Source: a virus
Taxonomy: Duplodnaviria; Heunggongvirae; Uroviricota; Caudoviricetes
Length of the DNA: 64,000 bases
Direction: 5' to 3' (one strand)
IMG/VR virus record: IMGVR_UViG_3300045049_000270
Each line of letters begins with the position of its first letter. The stretch's first letter is position 1. A program made the translations under genes and the position numbers. The notes below the pieces were generated by a model. That model ran no database searches. It saw only the letters and a program-made list of their open reading frames with translations, and was not told where the DNA came from. Positions 17,899 to 26,873 of this stretch are shown in pieces.

Positions 17899-18516
17899 AT
17901 GACCGGATTTGCTTTCATCTCAACCCTAGATACCATCTATTGCGCGACCGACACTTGTATTTCATATACAAATAAACCGGCAACATTTGGACCAAAGCAT
18001 CATTTTTTACCGAATGTTAATGGTATGATTGGATGTGTTGGCTCTATGGACATTTTTTATGATGCGAAAACAAAAGGAATTGGTAGTTCTATTAGTAATG
18101 ATTTTAGCTTAATTGCGGCCCAATGTGATATCGCAAATGAACTAGAAAAAATCAAACAGAAACACGCTACCATTCCTGGATACGTATCAACACCAACCAC
18201 TATCACCTTCATGGGCTTTAATGCTGCGGGGAATCCAATCATTTATGTTTATAGCGATCATAACGAAAATCAATGCTTCGACGAAACGGTAATGGGTGCA
18301 AACGTAAGCTACGCTAATCCACCGACAGATAACCGGTATGGTGCGGTTTTTCGTAGTAATCAGTTATCAACTTTGACCCTTAGTGATTGCAGAAAGAGCC
18401 TTTTGGTTACGTTGAGGAAACAACGAACATTATACCCTGATACTATTGGTGGTCATATCGAATTCATTGTTCTTAAGCCTAACGCTGTTCCTATTATTGA
18501 ATATCAGTTGTTCTAA
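17899..18516 (+). CDS. Hypothetical protein, possible Ntn-hydrolase (proteasome beta/HslV-like) fold
   Basis: Met-Thr start, xxATDT in the first strand pair, C-terminal TIGG motif. Confidence 0.4.
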   Translation: MTGFAFISTLDTIYCATDTCISYTNKPATFGPKHHFLPNVNGMIGCVGSMDIFYDAKTKGIGSSISNDFSLIAAQCDIANELEKIKQKHATIPGYVSTPTTITFMGFNAAGNPIIYVYSDHNENQCFDETVMGANVSYANPPTDNRYGAVFRSNQLSTLTLSDCRKSLLVTLRKQRTLYPDTIGGHIEFIVLKPNAVPIIEYQLF

Positions 18517-18517
18517 A

Positions 18518-18546
18518 CAAAGGGCCTCCATTTGGAGGCCCTTTGT
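18518..18546. terminator. Bidirectional intrinsic terminator
   Basis: CAAAGGGCCTCCA-T-TGGAGGCCCTTTG-type inverted repeat between convergent genes. Confidence 0.8.
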
Positions 18547-18564
18547 TTTATGGCGATCGGTACG

Positions 18565-18879
18565 TTAGAAGACGAATTTGATCATGCTGCTCGAACCGTC
18601 TTCGTTGGCTTTGCTATGTTGATCAACGAAACCCATAGCCTTCCAAAACAAGGTTGCTTCTGAGTTCTTCGACCACAGTTCGACGCGAGTAACAGTCTTG
18701 GGCAATGACGCCTCCCAAGCTTTGTACTTCGCGCTTCCACGGCCTTTGCGACGTTCACCATGAACAACTAGGCGCAGAACTGTTGCTACCGCACCCTCGA
18801 TGCGCCACGCGAATTCGACGCCGTCTTCGGGTATAGGAGGAGTAATGAAGTTAGTTCTCCTTGAAGTATCATTGTTCAC
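18565..18879 (-). CDS. GNAT-family acetyltransferase-like protein
   Basis: RRKGRGS (motif A) and EAxxFWKAMGF (motif B); start uncertain. Confidence 0.6.
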   Translation of the reverse strand: MNNDTSRRTNFITPPIPEDGVEFAWRIEGAVATVLRLVVHGERRKGRGSAKYKAWEASLPKTVTRVELWSKNSEATLFWKAMGFVDQHSKANEDGSSSMIKFVF

Positions 18880-18908
18880 ATGATAGCTTCATATGAACTA
18901 CACGTCAA
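18880..18908 (-). promoter_or_regulatory. sigma70-like promoter with TTCATATGAA box
   Basis: Minus strand TTGACG-17-TATCAT with the box in the same register. Confidence 0.8.
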
Positions 18909-18911
18909 GGT

Positions 18912-19589
18912 TTACTTTGCGCGAGCGTATAGGTAGATCCAGTTCTTCTCGCCTGTTTGCCAATAGAACTTGACACTAGGATAGCGCTTGGAATATTCAT
19001 CAATGATTTGTTGTAGCTTCATAGCAGATTCACCAGTCAATTCTTCCCAGTCGTAATCGCCGTCATCGTCTTCTCCATCAGGAACTTGCCAGTTTCCCCA
19101 ATAACGAATTTCCGCCACCCATCGATCACCTTCTTGCTCTGGGCCGCGTGCATCGTAATTGCCCCACTTTCTATTCGAATGGATCGATTTAACAGTATTC
19201 AACAATTCACGCAATGCAGATTCAATATTCACAGGTTTATCTATTTTTGAAATAGGTGATTTCACACCTTTCGGCGCATCGACTTGCATATCAGTTGGCT
19301 TAACAGCCACAGGAGTTTTCTTCTTTAATGATGGCATGAACGGTTCTTTCGCTACGAACCATACAAAGCCCTCAGGAGAATCAGTGTTTGGCGCTTTATA
19401 CCCAACAATACCTTTAGCATTCATGATATAAATGCCACCACCTGCTTGTGGTTTGCTTTCCTTGTTGGGCCCAGAAATACCAAACTTACTTTTCAGTGCA
19501 GAATCAAATTCTGATTGTGTAGGATATGATCTGCTTGTATCAATTTTGTTACGGTAATTGGCTTCTGTGATGATCTCGTTGTATCGCAT
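18912..19589 (-). CDS. Hypothetical late protein, possible internal head protein
   Basis: MRYNEIITEA N-terminus typical of jumbo-phage packaged proteins; TAAATA upstream on the minus strand. Confidence 0.6.
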   Translation of the reverse strand: MRYNEIITEANYRNKIDTSRSYPTQSEFDSALKSKFGISGPNKESKPQAGGGIYIMNAKGIVGYKAPNTDSPEGFVWFVAKEPFMPSLKKKTPVAVKPTDMQVDAPKGVKSPISKIDKPVNIESALRELLNTVKSIHSNRKWGNYDARGPEQEGDRWVAEIRYWGNWQVPDGEDDDGDYDWEELTGESAMKLQQIIDEYSKRYPSVKFYWQTGEKNWIYLYARAK

Positions 19590-19686
19590 TGGGAAACCTC
19601 AAAATAATATCTGTTTTATTTATTGAGCTTGACTTGTATGCCATATAGCTGTATTGTAGCAATACAACCTATAAGTATAAAACAAT

Positions 19687-20172
19687 ATGCGTATCTGGAT
19701 CGACACCGAATTCAATAGTTTCAAGGGAGCAATGATTTCTATTGCTCTAGTGGCCGAAGATGGTTCTGAGTTCTACGAAGCAGTAGAATGCAAGAATCCC
19801 CATCCTTGGGTAAAACAAAATGTGATGCCTAATCTCAATACCGTTCCAATTCCAATGGATTCACTGAGATTGCGGCTACAACACTTCCTGAAGAAGTTTG
19901 ACACCGTTCATATCATTGCCGACTGGCCAGAAGACATTGCCAATTTCTGCCAAGCCTTGGTGACATTTGATGGCATGTGCGTAACTATTCCACCACTGAC
20001 GATGGAAATCAGGTCCGACATCAAGGGCATACCAGAAATTCCACACAACGCATTGTCAGATGCTCGTGCCAATATGCTTGAGCATCTTGAAATCGAAGTA
20101 AATGGTGGAAAGGTCAATAGTGTTGATACCTGGTTGCAGAAAGTGGCAAGAAATCTAAATGACGAATCGTAA
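19687..20172 (+). CDS. DEDDh 3'-5' exoribonuclease-like protein
   Basis: WIDTEF, ISIALV, PWVKQNV, HNALSDAR. Confidence 0.85.
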   Translation: MRIWIDTEFNSFKGAMISIALVAEDGSEFYEAVECKNPHPWVKQNVMPNLNTVPIPMDSLRLRLQHFLKKFDTVHIIADWPEDIANFCQALVTFDGMCVTIPPLTMEIRSDIKGIPEIPHNALSDARANMLEHLEIEVNGGKVNSVDTWLQKVARNLNDES

Positions 20173-20331
20173 GAAATATTCATTATTGACTGAATTCGCA
20201 ACCATTTGCGCAGGTGTTGCATCCGGTGGTTTGGCTATGGCTTGCATTTTACCGACAACACCATTAGTGGTTATTCTTGCTGCAATCTTTGGTGGTGCCT
20301 ACACAAAACTCATGATTGAACTAGACAAAGA

Positions 20332-20628
20332 ATGAAAACAAGAGTAAAAGTTGGTGACCTTGCCTATCTGGTTAAGGCTTACAATAAAGAGAATATTGGC
20401 GTTGTTGTTGAAGTAATGCAAGCATTTGGTGATTGCGATGATGGTCTTGGGTTCAGATGGGTATGTCAAACAACGACATCCATTAAAGTCTCAGATGCCG
20501 ACCGCACTATAATAGGTACATCAACAGTATTCACATGTCCTGATTCTTGGCTAAGGCCTATTGCTGGTCCTTCACTTGGAGACATTTTTGATAAAGAAAA
20601 AAATAACGAACTTATAGATATTAAGTAA
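20332..20628 (+). CDS. Hypothetical phage protein
   Basis: KVGDLA...N-x-G-x-VVEV...PDSWLRPI pattern. Confidence 0.65.
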   Translation: MKTRVKVGDLAYLVKAYNKENIGVVVEVMQAFGDCDDGLGFRWVCQTTTSIKVSDADRTIIGTSTVFTCPDSWLRPIAGPSLGDIFDKEKNNELIDIK

Positions 20629-20629
20629 C

Positions 20630-20854
20630 ATGATTAACGCAACATTCAACCTTATCGTTTCATTGGCCAATCCAGCATCTGATCAGACTCTTCTAACTGG
20701 TGTTATAGTCGAAGTGCCAAAGATTGATGAACAGGTGGTAGTCAACAACACCTTGTACATCGTTCAATCAATTCACTGGGTCATGTCTCAGCCTGACGTG
20801 AATGGTAACATTGCTCAAGCAGCATATATTCGATTGATGAGCTTGCCTGCCTAA
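20630..20854 (+). CDS. Hypothetical protein
   Basis: 74 aa; terminator at ~20870-20900. Confidence 0.6.
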   Translation: MINATFNLIVSLANPASDQTLLTGVIVEVPKIDEQVVVNNTLYIVQSIHWVMSQPDVNGNIAQAAYIRLMSLPA

Positions 20855-20954
20855 GATTCATTTGGAATAAGCAAGAAAGCCACTTTGGTGGCTTTCTTGC
20901 TATCTATAAGTTGCCAAATGTGTTAGACTTCTGCCGTTTTCTAACAAACAACGA

Positions 20955-21203
20955 GTGGCTCACATGTCTGATTATCTCACCAATCTCCGTGAAAAGAGTC
21001 TAGCAGATGACTCGAATGTCTCAGAAGCTGAACTCCATGCGTCTAGCGAATCAATCAAGGAAGGATGGCAAACCATCCAGGACATCAAGAAACGCATCGC
21101 CACAGCAAAGCAAGAAGCGATCAAGAAGATCGACGAACAGTTTGCAGAAGAACTGAAAGCCGCAGAAGAAAACTACGCATTCCTTCTCACTCTCACGCGC
21201 TAA
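20955..21203 (+). CDS. Small coiled-coil protein, paralog of 30441..30683
   Basis: EAELH...IKEGW..IQ.IK..IA...EL..A..NYA.L. Confidence 0.75.
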   Translation: MAHMSDYLTNLREKSLADDSNVSEAELHASSESIKEGWQTIQDIKKRIATAKQEAIKKIDEQFAEELKAAEENYAFLLTLTR

Positions 21204-21205
21204 TC

Positions 21206-22459
21206 ATGACTCAATATTCGATCAAAATCCCTGAACAAGTTTACGTTGGCTTCCAAGGTCGGCGCTCGCAAGATGAAGTGCCTCTGGGCTTCATGACGCC
21301 ATATAACGATGACGAAGCAGGTCAAAGGCGCCGAGCTACAGTTGATAACTGGGCACGTGGCTATGGCAATTCAAAGACGTTTAATAGCGTGATTCTCGAA
21401 AACAAGCCCATGATCGGTTTCAAGATCGGACGTGCGATTCGCCGGAGCGGTGGCTGGAACGGTAGCGGTGCAAGCTACGTTCGTATTGAAGATCCGCGTG
21501 GCTTCGAACTCGAAATCACGATCGAAAACCTTGTGATGTGCATGAGCGACAACCTGCTAGATGATGGTGAAATCATCGCCGAGTGCGTTTGGGGACGTGA
21601 CGGCAACCGCAACATTCTGCTACCTACCAATAGTGAACCATACAAGAATTCTGTCGTGTTGCGAACAAAGGTTGCAGCAGTAATTCCCCTAAAGGAAGTG
21701 ACCGTCGGTGACGAAGTCGAATTGATTACCGGTGAGAAGGGTATCTACTTGGGTTCACTGCTTCCGCTTCAGCTGGAAGGATCATTGCAATATCGTACTG
21801 GTAAGATTGAGATTGTCGACAGCACGAAACGCTATGTATTGAAGGTAATGCGCAATGGTGTTCCGTTCCTTGTTGGTCGTTCTTCGATCAAAGTTATCGA
21901 AGTCACTAAGAAGGTCGAAAAGAAACTGACCGTTGATCAGGTTGAAGAAGAAATTATCGCAGCGATGACAAGCAATCCATTTGCCTGCGAAGACGCATCG
22001 GCGAACAACTATCGCGAAGTTTTGGGTTGGACGTTTGCTGGTTACAAGATTGGGACAATGACGACTGTTGATGTGACTGAGGCAGAGATCAAGAAGTTGA
22101 TAGAAGAAAACGGCGGCCACCGTGCTAAGGCAAATAGTTTTATTGAAACTATGGATGGTAAAAACTACCATGCAGAGGATCATATCAACTTTGTAATGGA
22201 CCGTAATAACAACCCAGATCGTTATTACTGGGCCAACATTCCGCAGACTCATTCTAATGGTTACGTTAGTAACCAAACGAGAATGCAAGCTCGGGGTTTT
22301 GTTGTGAAAGAAGTGACGTTGTCAAATGTGTATAACACAGTCGAAAGCGACAATTACGGTCACAACATTGATATTGCTGAAAGTGATGTGAAACGATTCT
22401 TCAACGTGCAATTTGAAATCACCAGCAAAACTGGTAATAAGATGCAAGTTCGAATCTAA
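21206..22459 (+). CDS. Phage protein with RIEDPRGFELEI motif, paralog of 30717..31973
   Basis: YVGF, PLGFMTPY, RIEDPRGFELEI, CVWGRDG, LLPTNSEPY; start moved to ATG 21206. Confidence 0.8.
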   Translation: MTQYSIKIPEQVYVGFQGRRSQDEVPLGFMTPYNDDEAGQRRRATVDNWARGYGNSKTFNSVILENKPMIGFKIGRAIRRSGGWNGSGASYVRIEDPRGFELEITIENLVMCMSDNLLDDGEIIAECVWGRDGNRNILLPTNSEPYKNSVVLRTKVAAVIPLKEVTVGDEVELITGEKGIYLGSLLPLQLEGSLQYRTGKIEIVDSTKRYVLKVMRNGVPFLVGRSSIKVIEVTKKVEKKLTVDQVEEEIIAAMTSNPFACEDASANNYREVLGWTFAGYKIGTMTTVDVTEAEIKKLIEENGGHRAKANSFIETMDGKNYHAEDHINFVMDRNNNPDRYYWANIPQTHSNGYVSNQTRMQARGFVVKEVTLSNVYNTVESDNYGHNIDIAESDVKRFFNVQFEITSKTGNKMQVRI

Positions 22460-22460
22460 T

Positions 22461-22509
22461 GTTTGCAGCAAGTGTTGCAAATGTTGCAAATGTTGCACTT
22501 GCTGCAAAC
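22461..22509. repeat. Inverted repeat enclosing TGTTGCAAA tandem units
   Basis: GTTTGCAGCAAGTG ... CACTTGCTGCAAAC. Confidence 0.7.
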
Positions 22510-22713
22510 GCTGCAAAATCACAGGTTATGCCATCGTAAGATGGCATAACCATTTCGTAAGGTTCGAATTTTGAAATCGTAAAATGGCTTACCGCCAGTC
22601 ACCGTGAATGTGATATGATGCTTGAACAGCTGACACAACACAATAGCACTAAATGAAGGTACACCACAATGCAGAAGTGGTTTACCGTTGGCGATGATAC
22701 AAAGGAGAAAGTT

Positions 22714-22983
22714 ATGCCACGCACCGTTACGCTTGTTGATTTTTCCGAACTGCTCTACTATTCCCAGTCAATTGGCATCGACTGGAACACAGCGCATGAC
22801 ATCCTAGTGAAGGATGAGGTTCCGCCCATGTATGAAAGTAACCAGCGTGAATACCACATCAGTGATTTCGTCTCAAACCCAGATGATAGCCCTGCTTACC
22901 GACATTCCGACGAAACTGTCCGCATCATGGTTGGCTTCATGGTCAAAGAAAACATTGACGGGTTCACGCTAGTCAACGACTAA
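22714..22983 (+). CDS. Hypothetical protein
   Basis: AAGGAG RBS before ATG 22714. Confidence 0.65.
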   Translation: MPRTVTLVDFSELLYYSQSIGIDWNTAHDILVKDEVPPMYESNQREYHISDFVSNPDDSPAYRHSDETVRIMVGFMVKENIDGFTLVND

Positions 22984-22986
22984 CGC

Positions 22987-23015
22987 TTGCGTTCATGTTC
23001 ATATGAACGTATCAT
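22987..23015 (+). promoter_or_regulatory. sigma70-like promoter with TTCATATGAA box
   Basis: TTGCGT-17-TATCAT; identical to 23586-23614. Confidence 0.8.
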
Positions 23016-23050
23016 AGTCATATCATCGACGTTTCTACATGAGGATTCAT

Positions 23051-23572
23051 ATGAAATACGGCACTATCATTAACACTAAGACTAAAGCAGAACTGCTAGA
23101 TGATCTGACGTTGAAACAACCGGTTGATAAACTGCGGGCAGAGTTGCTTGCTAATGGCTACCCCGCAGAAGAAGTTGAAAAAGCGTTCAATGATCGAGAA
23201 GCTGACCGCAAACGCGTTGAATCAGTTCCCGACAGCACGATATTCGTTCTTGGTAAGCCGAAAGCAGAAAGTGAAGATCGAGAAACGATTTCGGCTTGGT
23301 GTACCGATCACGTAAAAGGCAAGTGGGGACACCTCACCGTGTACTGGTATTGGTGGTTCGAAGATGAGGTTGATGCTGCCGCGTTTGAAGCCGAATGGAC
23401 ACCTCCTTATAAACCGGATGCAGCAGTTATGGAAGTGCGTACCGTATTGGTTATGGCTGCGCTTGGACTATGCGAGCGACTTGCGCAAGGTCTTGAGTAT
23501 GAAGAGGCTCTGCAATACTACAAAGATGTTATGGCAGAGACCGCAGCTTTGAAGCTCCCTCCCTGTAAATGA
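23051..23572 (+). CDS. Hypothetical, DA-x-x-FKL family, paralog of 24281..24613
   Basis: AWCTDHVKGKWGHL...WWFEDEVDAAAFEAEW. Confidence 0.7.
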   Translation: MKYGTIINTKTKAELLDDLTLKQPVDKLRAELLANGYPAEEVEKAFNDREADRKRVESVPDSTIFVLGKPKAESEDRETISAWCTDHVKGKWGHLTVYWYWWFEDEVDAAAFEAEWTPPYKPDAAVMEVRTVLVMAALGLCERLAQGLEYEEALQYYKDVMAETAALKLPPCK

Positions 23573-23585
23573 AATAATTTGGTGC

Positions 23586-23629
23586 TTGCGTTCATGTTCA
23601 TATGAACGTATCATCTACGTATGGTGAAC
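23586..23629 (+). promoter_or_regulatory. sigma70-like promoter with TTCATATGAA box
   Basis: TTGCGT-17-TATCAT, ATGGTGAAC at the predicted +1. Confidence 0.8.
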
Positions 23630-23630
23630 A

Positions 23631-23921
23631 ATGGAGATGAACATGAATGCAAGCGACTATGATCTCACGAAGCTGCACATCTACGAACTCGCGGGTTTGA
23701 TTCTTCACGATACAGCAAAGGTCAGCCTGCATGCGCAACCGTATCTCAGCGCAATGCTTGGCATCGATTCAATCAATGACATGTACATCGCCGATACTGC
23801 ATATGAGGTGGTGGCATATTTCCTCAGCAACGCGGGTACCTATCGTGGCGAAAACGCGCGACTCATCAAGGCTGAGTTGAAGCGACGTATGAAGGAATAC
23901 GAGAAGAAGAACAAAGTATGA
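23631..23921 (+). CDS. Phage hypothetical protein
   Basis: AQPYLSAM...YFLSNAGTYRGENARLIKAELK. Confidence 0.75.
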   Translation: MEMNMNASDYDLTKLHIYELAGLILHDTAKVSLHAQPYLSAMLGIDSINDMYIADTAYEVVAYFLSNAGTYRGENARLIKAELKRRMKEYEKKNKV

Positions 23922-24277
23922 TCACTGCACAAGAGGCGCGCGAACGCTCCCAATTATCGATCGTCAATCTTGAAACGTTTATCGAACGGCTTGGCGTTAA
24001 AATACAAGAACAGGCCGATTTAGGCAAGTACGAGTATCACTATAGGGGAGATCTACCTGGTGATCCGACCAAATCCAACGACCTGTTGAAAAAGACGTAT
24101 GAACGTTTCGAGACGCCGAAATTCTGGCAGCTTGTTATCGACAAGCTGAAGGTGTATCCGCTCAATTTCAACGTCACCGTGCATAAAGCACAAGCCAATA
24201 TGCGTGCTAGTCTTGGATCGCTTGGTGATCAAGAACCCGAGCCACACTACACCTACAGCTTGCTGATCAAATGGTGA
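23918..24277 (+). CDS. Hypothetical phage protein
   Basis: MITAQEAR...IKW; ATGA overlap. Confidence 0.7.
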   Translation: MITAQEARERSQLSIVNLETFIERLGVKIQEQADLGKYEYHYRGDLPGDPTKSNDLLKKTYERFETPKFWQLVIDKLKVYPLNFNVTVHKAQANMRASLGSLGDQEPEPHYTYSLLIKW

Positions 24278-24280
24278 AGT

Positions 24281-24613
24281 ATGGATATTAAGCGGTTTTT
24301 CTCCCGAACAGAAGTACTTCGCTATCCTCCGTTAAACTTGACGGAAGATGAATTGCGCAAACGGCTAGAGGATGTCGATGAGGAACTGGCTAAGCAAATG
24401 ATTGACAGTTGGAAAGTCAATCGAGATTTTTTGTTAACTTGTTCAGACCAACTAGTATTGGTGTTACCATCGGTGGGCCCCAAAAACGAAGAATTAGATG
24501 CATGGTGCGCTGAAAATACAAGAAGCACTTGGGGGCATCTGCAGATGATACGGTACTGGTGGTTTGACGACAGCACCGATGCAATGACGTTCAAATTGAC
24601 GTGGTGTGATTAA
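24281..24613 (+). CDS. Hypothetical, DA-x-x-FKL family
   Basis: AWCAEN...WGHL...WWFDDSTDAMTFKLTW. Confidence 0.75.
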   Translation: MDIKRFFSRTEVLRYPPLNLTEDELRKRLEDVDEELAKQMIDSWKVNRDFLLTCSDQLVLVLPSVGPKNEELDAWCAENTRSTWGHLQMIRYWWFDDSTDAMTFKLTWCD

Positions 24614-25005
24614 TGGCAAAGCAACGAACAAAAGCTGAATTGATCAGTATTTTAACTAAAATGCCTGGTAAGTATTTGGGTGACGGTCTCCATCCTTCCT
24701 TCAAGGTGGATGATTTGCTTGATGTACTGCTGTCCGATCGTAACTGGTATTCATTCAATATTGATTTGGACACCATTCCACAACGAGAAGAGTTTAAAGA
24801 ACGTCCAGTGATCATGGTTGGATATAAACGTACTGATTTTCTCGCGGAGCTTGAAAAGTTCGTAAAACAGATTGGTCTTTACTGCGGTGATTCTAAGGTG
24901 AAAAGTTGTACGAAACTGAATCTTACAACTCTTACAGTTGAAGTATTTTGTACATCTGCTGAGTACGACAAAATCGCAATCAAGTTTGCAGAAAACATCA
25001 TTTAA
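24613..25005 (+). CDS. Hypothetical protein
   Basis: 130 aa, TAATG coupling. Confidence 0.65.
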   Translation: MAKQRTKAELISILTKMPGKYLGDGLHPSFKVDDLLDVLLSDRNWYSFNIDLDTIPQREEFKERPVIMVGYKRTDFLAELEKFVKQIGLYCGDSKVKSCTKLNLTTLTVEVFCTSAEYDKIAIKFAENII

Positions 25006-25008
25006 CGC

Positions 25009-25052
25009 TTGACCTCAAGTTCAAATGAACGCAGAATAGCGACATGGTGAAC
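25009..25052 (+). promoter_or_regulatory. Boxed promoter (TTCAAATGAA variant)
   Basis: TTGACC-17-CAGAAT, ATGGTGAAC at +1. Confidence 0.7.
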
Positions 25053-25070
25053 AACAAAGGAGAAGCAAAA

Positions 25071-25577
25071 ATGCAAAACGCACTAGAACAGATTCTCGAA
25101 AACGTCAACGGTGGTTCGTTCGTGTCGATCGACACTGTGACCGAGGTGAAGCTGAAGGGTGGGAAAGCAAATCCGTTCCAGGGCCGTGTCACGAAGCGTG
25201 TTACGGGCAGTCAAGTGATGGTCTTCCAAAACAAGAAATCCAACGCATACGAAAATATGGTGCAACGGCGCCTTGTCGCAGAAGGCAAAGATCCGGCAAG
25301 CTTCGAATTGCAACCGCGTAAGTGGGGAACACGCATTCCTGAAACTCCGTTCATCCTGCACAATGATCAAAAGTACCTGGAGGTGATCTTCCTGCGTGCT
25401 GGTAAGTCCGAACTACTTGTCGATGGCAAGCCGTACAGCGGCGAAATCCCGGGCCTCCCGGAAGTGTCGGACAACGAAGAATCGCAAGGCGGGCTGGACA
25501 ATAAGGTGATCATTCGTACTTACAAGTGCGACAGCATCAAGTGCATTCGCGTTAACCAGCAAGAATACACACTGTAA
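25071..25577 (+). CDS. Phage hypothetical protein
   Basis: GGKANPFQGRVTK, YENMVQRRL, ESQGGL; AAGGAG RBS. Confidence 0.8.
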   Translation: MQNALEQILENVNGGSFVSIDTVTEVKLKGGKANPFQGRVTKRVTGSQVMVFQNKKSNAYENMVQRRLVAEGKDPASFELQPRKWGTRIPETPFILHNDQKYLEVIFLRAGKSELLVDGKPYSGEIPGLPEVSDNEESQGGLDNKVIIRTYKCDSIKCIRVNQQEYTL

Positions 25578-25668
25578 CGGTTGTAAGGGGGAACAGAGTC
25601 CCCGTTTTGTACAATATGAGCACCTTTTGAGGTGCTCATATTCATTTAATATAATTGAGCAAAAACGC

Positions 25669-25713
25669 TTTACAGCTAAATCATATGACTTTACCATATG
25701 AAACATGGTGAAC
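25669..25713 (+). promoter_or_regulatory. Boxed promoter (ATCATATGAC variant)
   Basis: TTTACA-17-TACCAT, ATGGTGAAC at +1. Confidence 0.7.
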
Positions 25714-25729
25714 AAAACAGGAGCAGTAA

Positions 25730-25966
25730 ATGAGTTATGAATTGCCCCGCGCCGCGAAACTACTTGTTGATGTACAAAGCAAGTACATTGGCAAAGATGA
25801 AGGGCGTATGCACAAAGCTGGTAAAAAAGTGAAAGTGCAAAGGTCGCCGGCAAATCCGGGTGAGTTTATTATTTGGTTTGGTAAGGCTGAAGTGGCCAAG
25901 ATTCAAGCACTTGAGCTGAGCAAGACGATCGAATATACGGATGGACGCAAAGAGGGGATTCAATGA
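25730..25966 (+). CDS. Hypothetical protein
   Basis: AGGAG RBS. Confidence 0.7.
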   Translation: MSYELPRAAKLLVDVQSKYIGKDEGRMHKAGKKVKVQRSPANPGEFIIWFGKAEVAKIQALELSKTIEYTDGRKEGIQ

Positions 25967-26562
25967 TCATTTATATGGACGGTAGCTCCGTCAGAGTAAC
26001 AAATACGCGGAAACAAAAAGATTGGCTGCTGTCCTGGGGTATGATTGTTCAACATGACGATGAGACTGTTGAACAGCATGGTCATGTTGAAAACGTTGGA
26101 TCGATGTATCGTGGTTTCCACGAAATGCTTGCATTTGCTGAAGCAGTTCGTTATGTGAAGCACAAGAAAGTGCCGTTCAAAGATGTGTCATTCTTCACCG
26201 ATGACGAATGGGTAGTGAAGGCACAATTTGTATTGCATCCTCACAATTATTGTGAATCACGAGCGACCGAAGTAAAGGCTCGAGTCATGCAGTTTGTGAA
26301 CCAATTCTTCCCCAGTACGTTGTATGACGACATGCTTGCATGTCTGCGGGAAGCACGATTCACGAAGGTGAAGGGCCATGAAGACACCGTCTATAATTTG
26401 CGGGTTGACTATCTGGCCGCATATGCTCGCAAGTTGAAGATGGGGATGGACGAAGAATTCCAACACTTTGAGCAATGGCTTGCAAATGGCTTCAAGTTTT
26501 TCAACACCAAGTTACAACGTTATGACGTGTGGTACGCGCCGTTTGCTTCATCAACTAATTGA
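25963..26562 (+). CDS. Ribonuclease HI-like protein
   Basis: IYMDGS, EMLA, FTDDEWV, KVKGH, NLRVDYLA = D-E-D-D catalytic set. Confidence 0.85.
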   Translation: MIIYMDGSSVRVTNTRKQKDWLLSWGMIVQHDDETVEQHGHVENVGSMYRGFHEMLAFAEAVRYVKHKKVPFKDVSFFTDDEWVVKAQFVLHPHNYCESRATEVKARVMQFVNQFFPSTLYDDMLACLREARFTKVKGHEDTVYNLRVDYLAAYARKLKMGMDEEFQHFEQWLANGFKFFNTKLQRYDVWYAPFASSTN

Positions 26563-26609
26563 TTGCCAAATGGTGATGGCTCCCAATGGGAGCCATCACC
26601 ATGACAAAC

Positions 26610-26873
26610 TTACTCATCGATTTCCAATTCGATCACACGTTCCCATCGTGAACTATTGGTACCAGGCTTATCATATTGCAACCCAGCAGTAGGATTGAGC
26701 CAACCTTTGAAGTTGAGGCCAAACCAGACTTGATCGAAAGCACCCATAAACCAGCCACCTCCAATCTTACACATGTAAAGCGTACCATCTGTTTTGATGT
26801 CAGGATGTTTATTACCTTCACCCTTCGTCAAATCAATTTCGGTACCGCGCACTGGGCTAGTTTTCTTTGCCAT
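26610..26873 (-). CDS. Hypothetical protein
   Basis: 87 aa directly after the CCA-enzyme gene. Confidence 0.65.
   Translation of the reverse strand: MAKKTSPVRGTEIDLTKGEGNKHPDIKTDGTLYMCKIGGGWFMGAFDQVWFGLNFKGWLNPTAGLQYDKPGTNSSRWERVIELEIDE

Noticed and set aside
21065-21205. N-terminal extension of the 464-aa ORF
   Set aside because: It overlaps the small upstream gene; paralog 30717 indicates the true start is ATG 21206.
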